DNA from: an uncultured Nitrososphaeraceae archaeon | Lineage (GTDB): Archaea > Thermoproteota > Nitrososphaeria > Nitrososphaerales > Nitrososphaeraceae | Direction: 5' to 3' | DNA: 64,000 bases | NCBI GenBank assembly: GCA_963779615.1 | Contig: CAVZZA010000003.1 | Coordinates: 352,001-416,000 of the forward strand | Part shown: piece after piece, positions 34,254 through 43,633 of the stretch | Layout: each line of letters starts with the position of its first letter | Position numbering within the stretch: position 1 is the first letter of the stretch | The notes under the pieces: generated by a model | The model's input: only the letters and a program-made list of their open reading frames with translations | Database searches by the model: none | Told to the model about the DNA's origin: nothing | Program-made: the position numbers and the translations under genes

Positions 34254-34346
34254 GGGCCGGTAGTTTAGCCTGGTAGAATACCTGCCTTGCATGCGTATTT
34301 GCAGAGGACACGTGGGTGGTCGTGGGTTCGAATCCCACCCGGTCCA
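34254..34346 (+). tRNA. tRNA-Ala (anticodon TGC) with a 19-nt intron (~34291-34309)
   Basis: GGGCCGG/CCGGTCC-A with G3:U70; BHB motif with CCTT/GAGG helix, GCA and ACA bulges, and inner TGCG/TGCA helix. Confidence 0.9.
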
Positions 34347-34398
34347 TGTCATTTCTGTATGTTTTTTTAGTTCCATAACGCAATTACTGTTGCTAGAG

Positions 34399-35652
34399 AT
34401 GCAGTCCTATTCCCAACACCAAAGCGACCATGACTTTCAGAACCCGTATTTTAGGTTTATGTATGCCATAAAATCCCCTGAAACCAAGAAAAGATATCCT
34501 GACAGGTTTAAGGCATTTCTGGATTATGTTGGGATAAATGACACTGGTATCGAGGAAAGGCTAATTAACTTTTATAATGGAGCAATACAAAATCCTCAAT
34601 GGCTTCAGAGTTCTCTTATGAACTTTATAATATTTCAGAAAGAGCGGGTCATTAAAGGAGAAATAGAGGCTTCCACCATTTCCAACTATTACAAACCCAT
34701 TAAACTTTTTTGTGACGTGAATGACATTCTTATCAACTGGAAATTTTTGTCAAGAGGCATTCCAAAAGGAAAGCATGCCTCTGATGACAGGGCGCCCACT
34801 CTTGAAGAAATTCAACAATTGTTAAAGTATCCCGATATTCGAATAAAGCCTATCGTTTTATTCATGGTTTCTTCAGGAATAAGAATAGCTGCATGGGATT
34901 TTCTTAAATGGAAACACATCATCCCAATCGAAAATGATAATGGGATTCTAATAGCAGCCAAAGTGATTGTTTATGCAGGCGACCCTGAGCAATACTATTC
35001 TTTTATTACCTCTGAATCATATAACGCATTAAAAAACTGGATGCAATGTCGCGCTTCTTGTGGTGAGAAAATATCTGGAGAGAGCTGGGTCATGCGTGAT
35101 CTATGGAAGACTACAAACATGCCATTTGGTTCAAGATACGGATCAGCAACACAACCTCTTAAACTAAAAAATGAGGCGATTCGCACAATCCTATGCAGAG
35201 CACTTCTCCACCAGAATATAAGAGTCCAGTTAAAAGAGGGTAAAAAACGCCATGAGTTCAAAGCTGCCCATGGATTCCGAAAATACTTTAAAACCCAATG
35301 CGAGAATCTGATGAGGCCCGCCAACATAGAATTGCTGATGGGGCATAACATTGGAATATCAAAGTCCTACTACAAGCCCACAGAGAAAGAGATGCTAGAG
35401 GATTATCTCAAAGCAGCTGACTTGTTAACCATTAGCCAAGAGAACAAATTAAAAACACAGGTTAAAGAACTAACAAAGAAAAACAACGAGAAAGACTACA
35501 TGATAAACGTGGCCATGATGGAGAAGGACAGAGAGGTGGAAAACCTCAAAAAACAGGACAAGATAAAGGAGGAGGCATTGATAAAGCTGTCGGATCAGGT
35601 GATGCTACTTATGAAGGACATGCAGGGAATCAAATCCAATCAAAACATATGA
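34399..35652 (+). CDS. Tyrosine recombinase/integrase with coiled-coil C-terminus
   Basis: SSGIRI (Arg), HGFRKYF (HxxR), LLMGH, YY; appears intact. The ORF is also open upstream to 34291. Confidence 0.92.
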   Translation: MQSYSQHQSDHDFQNPYFRFMYAIKSPETKKRYPDRFKAFLDYVGINDTGIEERLINFYNGAIQNPQWLQSSLMNFIIFQKERVIKGEIEASTISNYYKPIKLFCDVNDILINWKFLSRGIPKGKHASDDRAPTLEEIQQLLKYPDIRIKPIVLFMVSSGIRIAAWDFLKWKHIIPIENDNGILIAAKVIVYAGDPEQYYSFITSESYNALKNWMQCRASCGEKISGESWVMRDLWKTTNMPFGSRYGSATQPLKLKNEAIRTILCRALLHQNIRVQLKEGKKRHEFKAAHGFRKYFKTQCENLMRPANIELLMGHNIGISKSYYKPTEKEMLEDYLKAADLLTISQENKLKTQVKELTKKNNEKDYMINVAMMEKDREVENLKKQDKIKEEALIKLSDQVMLLMKDMQGIKSNQNI

Positions 35653-35671
35653 ACATAAAGACAAATGATAG

Positions 35672-37735
35672 TTATATTATGACAAAATCGAATTTGTGAT
35701 TCCTGCATCTTTGACATTGGATATTTTTTGTGTAGCTGTACAAAGCAGCATGAGATTTACCATAAAACAAATACATGACATATATGATTGTTGGCACGGT
35801 AAAATAGGTATATTCATTAACGCAGTTTTCACAAGTTCCCTCTATTACTACCATATTGAATTTATCTCTATTACGGTATCTTTTATCTTCATATTTTGCA
35901 AAGTCATGCACCTTTCTTTCGATTAGCGTATTAAGGTGTGTTCTTATGTGGTTAAAGAACAATTCGCCGTTATGCGCATCTAGACTCATCATCGAGTCTT
36001 TCCATAAATCCATTAATTTTTCGTTTTTTAATTCACTATCCTCAGGCCTTGATAATATCAACCTTGTAAAAAAATCAGCACTGCTATAGACATCTTTGCT
36101 ATATAGAAAATAATCAATGTAATGTTTTACAAACTCGTTGAAGAGTTTTGATTCCTTGCAAGAATGAAAATATTTTTTACAAAATATGTCAAGAGAGAAT
36201 GGATGGTCCTCAAAATACAGGATCCATTCATTGTATATCTCATCACATGTCTTGTCGTTACATTGTTCACTTTGTGCTTTTGAGATTAATGCAACATTAC
36301 TACCCAATCTAGATAATTGATATTCTTCAATCATTAAATTTAATGTATTAGCTTTAACGGGTTTGAATACAACCAAGCCCAGAATTTTGAGACCATTCAG
36401 ATAGCCATCGAATTGATTGTTGTATTTGTTAATGTATTTTTGCGGCTCCTTTGTTGAATCAAAATAAAATGTTTCTGGTTCTTTTGTTAGGCAGTTTATT
36501 ATCATCTCTCTTTTCTTAAAAAACTTGTTTTTATTGCCATGTAAAAATTTCAGTATTGCTTGGTAGCGCTTTGATCTGTTAGTAAAATCGTTATCCCTAT
36601 TTCGCTCAAAAATTGTTCCAAATGTATCTAACTGGGATTCAAAAACTCTAATTCTAATGTCCCTCTTTTTTTTAACCCCGCTAGCAATGGTTTCTTTGAC
36701 AAATTTTGTTTTATTTATAAACTCAAAGTCCAACAATCCGGCAAGGCATTCAGGGTTACGGCATTTTACATCCATCAAATTGGTTTTCTCATTGGTTCCC
36801 GTTTTTGCGTATAGCAAAAAGTAGTCTTTCGTGCTTATTTTGCAAGGTGTATACCTGTTGCAACTCTTGCAATATCCCTCTAACACGGAAACATAAGGTT
36901 CTTGTCTTGCTTGGAATCGAAATTCTTCAAAGCCTTTCAAATCCCTGCTTTTTCTTTCATTTATCTCCTCCAGGCTTAATTTGAGATTGTAAAACAAAAC
37001 TTCATACTTTAACGGATATGTGTTATCCATGTCAACAAACGATTCACAAAGTTTTTGCCATGAATTCTTGCCCCATATTGGATTTGGGTTGTTGATTCGG
37101 TATATGAATAGCTCTTTATCAGCCGTTGCGGTTTCCAATAAGTCAATGAGAGCTTCCATCAGTTCCTTAAAAACAGGAGTGTTATGACATTTTTTAAGAA
37201 AAACGGAAAAAAACTTTGCTTGAGAATATTCCATTCCTTCGTAAAAGTCAATGATTTGTTGATAAAGATTTTGTGAAAATATGATCCTGCGATCCTTGTA
37301 AGACAGTAATAAGCCTATTAGCCTACCTAATTTAGCAAATGTGTATTCTTTTGTATTCTCTTTATTATGCGATATAACGTCCCTAGAAATAATCAAACCT
37401 AAATGTTCCAGATTCTCCAAGGCGTCCTTGATGCGATCTTTTATGTTAAATGCTCTGACATCGTGTTTGGTTTTACCTCTGTCACCACTATACAAATCAA
37501 TATAAACTTGACAATTGTGAATAACCCATTTTTCGCTAATTTCCATGACTTTAAAGTAATGATCCAAACCAATCGTTGTACAATACTTTAGGATTGATTG
37601 ATAGATAAGAGCATCATCAGTGTATTTTTTTTGTATGTGTTTTGTGGACTGAAAGGAATTGTATGACTGATCATCAAACTCTGCTACTTCTTTTTTTTCT
37701 ACCAATGAGTTAAACCCTATCTGATCATTTAGCAT
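35672..37735 (-). CDS. Internally duplicated protein (2 x wHTH-like + helical + Zn-binding CxxC..CxxC)
   Basis: YQSILKY..LEHLGLI..EYTFAKLG..EGYCKSC..CRNPEC versus YQAILKF..LKILGLV..EYQLSRLG..EGTCENC..CQRC. Confidence 0.75.
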   Translation of the reverse strand: MLNDQIGFNSLVEKKEVAEFDDQSYNSFQSTKHIQKKYTDDALIYQSILKYCTTIGLDHYFKVMEISEKWVIHNCQVYIDLYSGDRGKTKHDVRAFNIKDRIKDALENLEHLGLIISRDVISHNKENTKEYTFAKLGRLIGLLLSYKDRRIIFSQNLYQQIIDFYEGMEYSQAKFFSVFLKKCHNTPVFKELMEALIDLLETATADKELFIYRINNPNPIWGKNSWQKLCESFVDMDNTYPLKYEVLFYNLKLSLEEINERKSRDLKGFEEFRFQARQEPYVSVLEGYCKSCNRYTPCKISTKDYFLLYAKTGTNEKTNLMDVKCRNPECLAGLLDFEFINKTKFVKETIASGVKKKRDIRIRVFESQLDTFGTIFERNRDNDFTNRSKRYQAILKFLHGNKNKFFKKREMIINCLTKEPETFYFDSTKEPQKYINKYNNQFDGYLNGLKILGLVVFKPVKANTLNLMIEEYQLSRLGSNVALISKAQSEQCNDKTCDEIYNEWILYFEDHPFSLDIFCKKYFHSCKESKLFNEFVKHYIDYFLYSKDVYSSADFFTRLILSRPEDSELKNEKLMDLWKDSMMSLDAHNGELFFNHIRTHLNTLIERKVHDFAKYEDKRYRNRDKFNMVVIEGTCENCVNEYTYFTVPTIIYVMYLFYGKSHAALYSYTKNIQCQRCRNHKFDFVII

Positions 37736-37844
37736 TTAATATTATGATTGATGGTGAAGGTGGTAAAACATAAAAATTTTTTCAATGCATTAAAGTCTGT
37801 TTTAGGATTTTTCAATAATCATACTCCCATTAAATCTACTATCC

Positions 37845-38054
37845 ATGCTAGGATTAAGTAACATAATAAAAGCATTGGAAGGGGATGAGAGCATCCTCTT
37901 AATCCTTCCAAAAGACGCCTGTAGGGAATTAGACATAGCAAATCAGGACCTTCTAAAGTTTGAAATAAAGAACAGTGAGCTAATTATTAAAAAAATAGAC
38001 TTTGGAAATAGAAGAATCCTACCAATGACAACTGGAGGCCCAGACTTGATTTGA
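37845..38054 (+). CDS. AbrB/MazE/SpoVT-type DNA-binding protein
   Basis: SILLILPKDACRELDIANQDLLKFEIKNSELIIKK pattern. Confidence 0.75.
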   Translation: MLGLSNIIKALEGDESILLILPKDACRELDIANQDLLKFEIKNSELIIKKIDFGNRRILPMTTGGPDLI

Positions 38055-38157
38055 TCATTAAAAATTCCGCAGATATCTTTTATTATAAGCGGTATAGAAC
38101 CTTGGTCCTCAATTTCCATTTCCACCATATCAAGACCATAGCAATAGGGAAAGGGCT

Positions 38158-38625
38158 ATGAGTTCTACAAATTCTCTCGATAATGCATCCAATCCTAATG
38201 ATGTTTGGAGTCCCGGATATTTGGCTGACAGCATCTTTGTCAGTCTGATGGAAAATGGATATGATGAGAATACAAAGTCCAATGAATATATCATTCAGTT
38301 TGTAGAGAAATTCAGATTCCTTAGAATTAGGTCTAATTCCACATTTTTTGAAATCAACACAAAAGATCTGGACAAAGACACAATATCACAAATCAATGAT
38401 TATGCAAAAGACTGTAGAACAAGGGAAGAAAGATATCACAGGTTAAATGGAGTTATTGTAGAGGCAATTGCGCTAATAGCCAAACAGGCAGAGCCTTTGA
38501 TTTTATCATCCATCGCAAATGAAGAACTAATATGGACTAAAACTTCTCTCTATCGGGTTAGAGAGACCCTCTCTCAGAAATGGAAGTTAGTAGGAGTTGA
38601 TAAAAATAATGAGCGAACCAATTGA
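38158..38625 (+). CDS. Hypothetical protein overlapping the helicase gene (possible replication partner)
   Basis: 155-aa ORF that overlaps the next gene. Confidence 0.6.
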   Translation: MSSTNSLDNASNPNDVWSPGYLADSIFVSLMENGYDENTKSNEYIIQFVEKFRFLRIRSNSTFFEINTKDLDKDTISQINDYAKDCRTREERYHRLNGVIVEAIALIAKQAEPLILSSIANEELIWTKTSLYRVRETLSQKWKLVGVDKNNERTN

Positions 38626-40591
38626 TGATCTAATAGGTTACTTCCCTTCTTCTGATGACACTTCCCAAACAAAAGATAAAGATATTGCAATGTCCATTAC
38701 AAATACATCTAAACCCAAAAAAGAAAAAGAAGATTGGGAACCAATAAGAACCCAACCAGAAATATTAATGGAAATTGCTGAAAAGAGCATAGATGTTTTA
38801 TTCAAAGACCAACACAATGATGGCCTTGCCACTGTTTCCATAAATTCTCATTATGAAGTTGTTCCATTAACAAGCAGTAGATTCACAAGGCTTTTGGCAA
38901 AGACATACCATGACAATACCGGAAAATTTGCAAATAACGAATCCATAAAGAACGTTGTAAACACACTGCAAGCCAAGGCAGAATTTGGAGACACACAATA
39001 CCCGCTATCACTAAGGGTGGCCAAACATGAAGGGGACATATATTATGACTTAACTAATGAAAGGCATCAAGCAGTTAAAATATCACAAAATGGAAGATGG
39101 GAAGTGATAGACAAGACACCTGTGCCACTATTTAGTAGATACAACCAAACACCACAAGCCCTGCCATTTGCGGATCCCTTGTCAGATGATGAACAGGACC
39201 CTCTTGAAGACTTTCTTTCAAAACTGACAAACATCAAAGACGGGGAAACAAGGTTGCTTGTCAAGGTGGCGTTGATTTCTTGGTTTATCCCGGATATCCC
39301 CCACATACTTTTGATAGTTCATGGAGGAAAGGGAAGCGCCAAATCCATGTTTTTGACTTTGATCAAATCCCTTGTGGATCCCGCCAAACCCTCTCTCTTG
39401 ACCATACATGATGACAAATCAGAGTTTATTCAGCAACTTGCGCACAACTATTTGGCTGCCTATGACAACCTAAAATACAATCCAAGATGGCTTTCAGATG
39501 AAACTTGCAAAGCCATAACGGGAATAGGTCATACAAAAAGAGCACTATATACCAATGATGAAGACAAAATATACGAGTACAAGCGTTGTTTGATGTTCAA
39601 TGGAATTAACATCGCGTTTTCTGAATCGGACATTCTAGATAGAAGCATCCCTATCGAACTATGTGAAATAAAGCCGGAGCACAGAAGGACCGAAAACGAA
39701 ATACTTGAGGAGTATAACAAACTAAAACCGAAAATACTAAAACAAATTTTGGATACATTGGCAAAATCCATCACAATAAAAAAAGGTGTTAATGTAAAGA
39801 ACTTGCCAAGGATGGCCGACTCTGCCATATGGGGTGAGGCAATTTCGAGGGCCATGGGCTACAAGGAAAACGGGTTTCTTGACGCATATCATAACAACAT
39901 CAGGTTACAGAACGCCGAGGTAATTGACTCAAACCCTGTAGCGTTTGCGATAAAGAAGTTTGTTGAAAATGCAACAGCTTCTGATGATGGTGCCTTTAAC
40001 TTCAACTCCAACAATCCAATCTTTAAGGGCACACCCGCTGAATTGCTTGATAGACTAAATGAAGTGGCACTAGAGAACAAGATAAGCACTTACTCAAGGG
40101 AGTGGCCAAAGGACAAAAAATGGCTTGTGAGGAGGATAAAAGAGATAAAGCAAAACCTGCAACAGGATCTTGGCATTGATATAATAATAGAGAGAGACTC
40201 AAAAAACACCTCCATAGTAAAGATAGAGAAAAATGTCTCCAGTGACTCCGGTGAGCACAAAATGTCTCCGGAAAACGAGAGTTTAACTCCGTATTTGGAA
40301 GAAATGTCTCCGGAAAAAGACAGGATGTCTCCAGACAATCATGACGATACAAGCACAGAATCTATCAAGTCCGGAGACAATGGAGACAATGGAGACATTT
40401 CCCATATATCCATAGAGGGAGATGATAAAACTAAAGACAATGTAAAAGAAACCGAAGGGTCAGACATAGACCAAATGATAGGGTTTAGAGAGCCATTTCA
40501 TTACTGCAAGAAGCACCCCCACGTCCAAAACATACATCGGGAAGAGATAGAGCACCATATCCGATATTCCAAAGAACATGGTGGAAATTAG
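38597..40591 (+). CDS. Plasmid/satellite-type SF3-like helicase/ATPase replication protein with C-terminal CxxH..H..H Zn finger
   Basis: Walker A HGGKGSAKS, Walker B LAAYDNL, motif C MFNGIN, DILDRS, LPRMAD. The low-complexity tail (MSPE, GDNGDNGD) is encoded by the repeat module. Confidence 0.8.
   Translation: MIKIMSEPIDDLIGYFPSSDDTSQTKDKDIAMSITNTSKPKKEKEDWEPIRTQPEILMEIAEKSIDVLFKDQHNDGLATVSINSHYEVVPLTSSRFTRLLAKTYHDNTGKFANNESIKNVVNTLQAKAEFGDTQYPLSLRVAKHEGDIYYDLTNERHQAVKISQNGRWEVIDKTPVPLFSRYNQTPQALPFADPLSDDEQDPLEDFLSKLTNIKDGETRLLVKVALISWFIPDIPHILLIVHGGKGSAKSMFLTLIKSLVDPAKPSLLTIHDDKSEFIQQLAHNYLAAYDNLKYNPRWLSDETCKAITGIGHTKRALYTNDEDKIYEYKRCLMFNGINIAFSESDILDRSIPIELCEIKPEHRRTENEILEEYNKLKPKILKQILDTLAKSITIKKGVNVKNLPRMADSAIWGEAISRAMGYKENGFLDAYHNNIRLQNAEVIDSNPVAFAIKKFVENATASDDGAFNFNSNNPIFKGTPAELLDRLNEVALENKISTYSREWPKDKKWLVRRIKEIKQNLQQDLGIDIIIERDSKNTSIVKIEKNVSSDSGEHKMSPENESLTPYLEEMSPEKDRMSPDNHDDTSTESIKSGDNGDNGDISHISIEGDDKTKDNVKETEGSDIDQMIGFREPFHYCKKHPHVQNIHREEIEHHIRYSKEHGGN
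40234..40397 (+). repeat. ~170-bp iteron module copy R1, inside the helicase CDS
   Basis: TGTCTCC boxes at left and internally; CCGGAGACA-ATGGAGACA-ATGGAGACA at right. Confidence 0.9.
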
Positions 40592-40620
40592 AAAACAAAG
40601 GTAGATGATGATGCTTATTT

Positions 40621-41580
40621 TTATCTTCCACTACTCATATGGAATATTTCATTCAAACTAACCGCTGAGCCTCCAGGGTGTGGACCACCGCCAATAACGT
40701 ATATCTTGTCACCGATGGAAGCAGCTGCAAGTCCATGCCTTGCTGTTGGCATAGGTGTCTCCATAGTCCATTTGTTGTTTGATGTATTGTATTTTTCGTT
40801 ATTGCTGAATGTGCCAGATGGTTGCTCGCCCCCAAACACATAGATGCTCCCGTTCACTGCCGCAGAGGCCAAGCCACCTCTTTTTGAGGGCATCGGCTCC
40901 AGCGTGGTCCATTTGTCTGTTGCTGGGTCATAGGCCTCATTGGCATTGACGTTATAGGACATCCCATTGCTTCTTCCGCCGATAACGAATAGTTTCCCGT
41001 CAACAACCGCAGAGGTGAGGTGTTCCCTTGCTGTCGACATGGGTGCTTTTTCTGCCCATTTGTCCGTAGCAGGATTGTATGCCAAAGTGCTTGCCAGTGT
41101 TTTTTCAGAATCCACTCCGCCAGCCACATACAAAGTCCCGTTGATAAAATTGGCTGTTAACGCGCCACGGGCAGACGGCAGGTTTGCCCCTTGGGTCCAT
41201 TGGTTTGTATGTGAGTCATAGATGAACAGTTTGTTTGACAAAGCGTTTCTGTCAAGGTAACCTCCTCCTACCACATACAGTTTTCCGTTGTAAGACGCAG
41301 CAGCAGTGTGGTCCAATGGTTGTGGCAATGGGGCCACGATTGACCATTTATTTGTAATGGGATCTTAAACTTCCACAGCAAAAGTAGGACTGCGACCGTT
41401 TTCAAAGCCACCAATAACATATATCTTGTTATTCAAAACGGCACTTGTGACTTCAGATCTGGCCGTTGGCATGGGTGCTCCATTAGTCCAATATGTTTCG
41501 GCAGATACGTATGATATATGAGAAATCAGCAACACAGGCAGAACCAAAAATAAAAGCAGAACACTCATTCTTAACATCAA
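40621..41580 (-). pseudogene. Secreted Kelch-repeat beta-propeller protein with in-frame TAA at 41365-41367
   Basis: Kelch motifs (YVIGG, YDP.T..W); AVEV*DPITNKWSIVAPLP links the two ORFs in frame. Confidence 0.85.
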
Positions 41581-41639
41581 CTATTTTTCACCAAGCAATT
41601 ATAAAATAAAGTTACAGATTGATATAAAGATGGAGAATA

Positions 41640-41768
41640 TCTCTCCGATGACTCCGGTATCTCCAGAGGAGCATAAATTGTAATCCAAAATCCGGACATA
41701 TTTTATTTCTTAATCAATTTGTCTCCGGTTTTGCAAAGTTATGTCCGGAAATGAAAGAAAGAGTTAAG
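41640..41768 (+). repeat. Module copy R2 (right-hand boxes lost)
   Basis: TCTCTCCGA-TGACTCCGG-TATCTCCAG..GAGCATAAAT..TCCGGACATA..TGTCTCCGG..TATGTCCGG. Confidence 0.85.
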
Positions 41769-42053
41769 GATTATCTGTTGAAAATATCATATTGTGCTTA
41801 TCGCTATTGCATTGTTAATTGAAAGTTGTTGCTACTAGTCGTCAAGCCAAGTTGAAGGTCAAGGGTGTCCACGAGGTGGGGACACAGAGGAGACAGCGTT
41901 GTTTTACAGACCTTGCAGTATTTCTACCAAACTGCCCTTACCTTCAAAGGATACTATATATGCACGATTATATTTCTGGGTTGGTCCAAACCATATCATG
42001 ACAAACGAGATGCTTTCTGATTAGCAGGTGCGCTCCGAATTAAAAGAATACAT

Positions 42054-42728
42054 TCATTTACAGAACTTTTTAGCATCCTCCGGCGAGAGATTATTACCTT
42101 TGCATATCCCCACAGGATAATTGATAATGTCTTGATTATCAGTAGAATTGCTTTGAATCTCAAAAGAATCGATCATTGTTTCTATAGGGGAAAGGTATTG
42201 ATTGTATTTTCCTTTTTCGGCAAGATATATGATGACATAGGCTTTGCCATCCTTTATGGTCCAAACCTCTAATGCCTGTAGTCCTTTATTATTGCCATAT
42301 GTCACATTGGTGCCAGGATAATTTGCAAGGGTAGTATTATCCGATTTGATGCTGGTAAGAGATTTGTTCTTTAAGTAACCAACTTGCATACTGCTATAAT
42401 CTTCTAGAGTTAGATTTGCGACTGGTAATTTATGGACATATATTCCAAGGCCTACAGCATATTTGCCAGAAGAGTCTGCAGGTGGGCGAAATGCAACAAC
42501 ATTGTCAACCCCTAAATTTTTTTTAGTCCAATTAGAAGGATATTCTATCTTTATTCCATGATTGGAGTTTTCGTATAACATGAAATCATTTCGTGTTGTA
42601 GTTTGAGCTAATGCCTGATGGGAATAATATACAAGTATGGGAGAAATCGAATAAAATGCGAGTAAAAAAAATAAAATTATAAAAGGGTGCAAAAATACAA
42701 CTTTTCCAATCCGTTTCTGCTTTGGCAA
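42054..42728 (-). CDS. Exported PsbP-like domain protein
   Basis: TM/signal segment; YENSNHGIKIEYPSNW ... IKDGKAYVIIY ... MIDSFEI. Confidence 0.75.
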   Translation of the reverse strand: MPKQKRIGKVVFLHPFIILFFLLAFYSISPILVYYSHQALAQTTTRNDFMLYENSNHGIKIEYPSNWTKKNLGVDNVVAFRPPADSSGKYAVGLGIYVHKLPVANLTLEDYSSMQVGYLKNKSLTSIKSDNTTLANYPGTNVTYGNNKGLQALEVWTIKDGKAYVIIYLAEKGKYNQYLSPIETMIDSFEIQSNSTDNQDIINYPVGICKGNNLSPEDAKKFCK

Positions 42729-42978
42729 TCCAGTTATAATTTGGTATAATGCATATTAATGCATTTTTGTTATTCTGGTATCAAAAAGAAATGCTTTGTA
42801 CCTATTCCGTACAACCTTTTTTTTATTGCTATATGTCTGTCATTCCAGCCATTTTTCGACTTATATTTTCAATGACTGACCTGGCCTTCGAATATGAAAT
42901 CAAATGAAATGCATTTTTTTACTTTTACGTGTGATGCTATATGGATACATTAAACCACTGCAGTTTAGGTTTTAACAC

Positions 42979-43431
42979 CTATACTATCATAGACATCAGA
43001 CCTAACGAGTATTTTAGAGATAGACCGACAAAATCCATCAGTGGCTGAATGTTTCTAGTATTAAATTCAGAAATATCTTTTGAGACGGTAAAATGGAGTT
43101 TAGAATTTGGAGGTATTATGAATCCCTTCAAAGGTTTTGTAAGCTCAGGTGTTTTTGGACTTTGTGTAAGCTCAGGTGTTTTTGGACTTTGTGTAAGCTC
43201 AGGTGTTTTTGGACTTTGTGTAAGCTCAGGTGTTTTTGGACTTTGTGTAAGCTCAGGTGTTTTTGGACTTTGTGTAAGCGGATGATTTGTGATACCTTTT
43301 GGAGGTGTAATTGGTTTTACTTCACGTTGAGCATCCGATTTGGTAATGATGTTGTTTGTTAGCAGCATCAGCACGGTTAAAATTAATAATGTTGTCGCTA
43401 AAGCCATAATCTCAGAATTGTATTTACTCAC
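42979..43431 (-). CDS. Secreted protein with (TQSPKTPEL)5 repeat; possibly truncated
   Basis: Signal peptide; 27-bp unit x5 at 43138-43279. Confidence 0.65.
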   Translation of the reverse strand: MSKYNSEIMALATTLLILTVLMLLTNNIITKSDAQREVKPITPPKGITNHPLTQSPKTPELTQSPKTPELTQSPKTPELTQSPKTPELTQSPKTPELTKPLKGFIIPPNSKLHFTVSKDISEFNTRNIQPLMDFVGLSLKYSLGLMSMIV

Positions 43432-43633
43432 GCCCTATTGCATTCACAACTTCAAGATTGATAAGTATTGTCTTATTTTTAATAATAATTCGTTCTTACA
43501 CGCGATATTTCGTATGTCTTACTTCTTATTCGGACTGTCAAAACATGGGCTCTGAAATAGCCGTTAACAACAGCTAAAAATGGTCGACTTGACTAATTTT
43601 GTGTCATGTGGTTCATGCAGTAATCTTTTGGCA

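Noticed and set aside
34282-34316. Reading the tRNA as Val(GAC) with an intron after U33
   Set aside because: BHB geometry and the G3:U70 identity pair support Ala(TGC).
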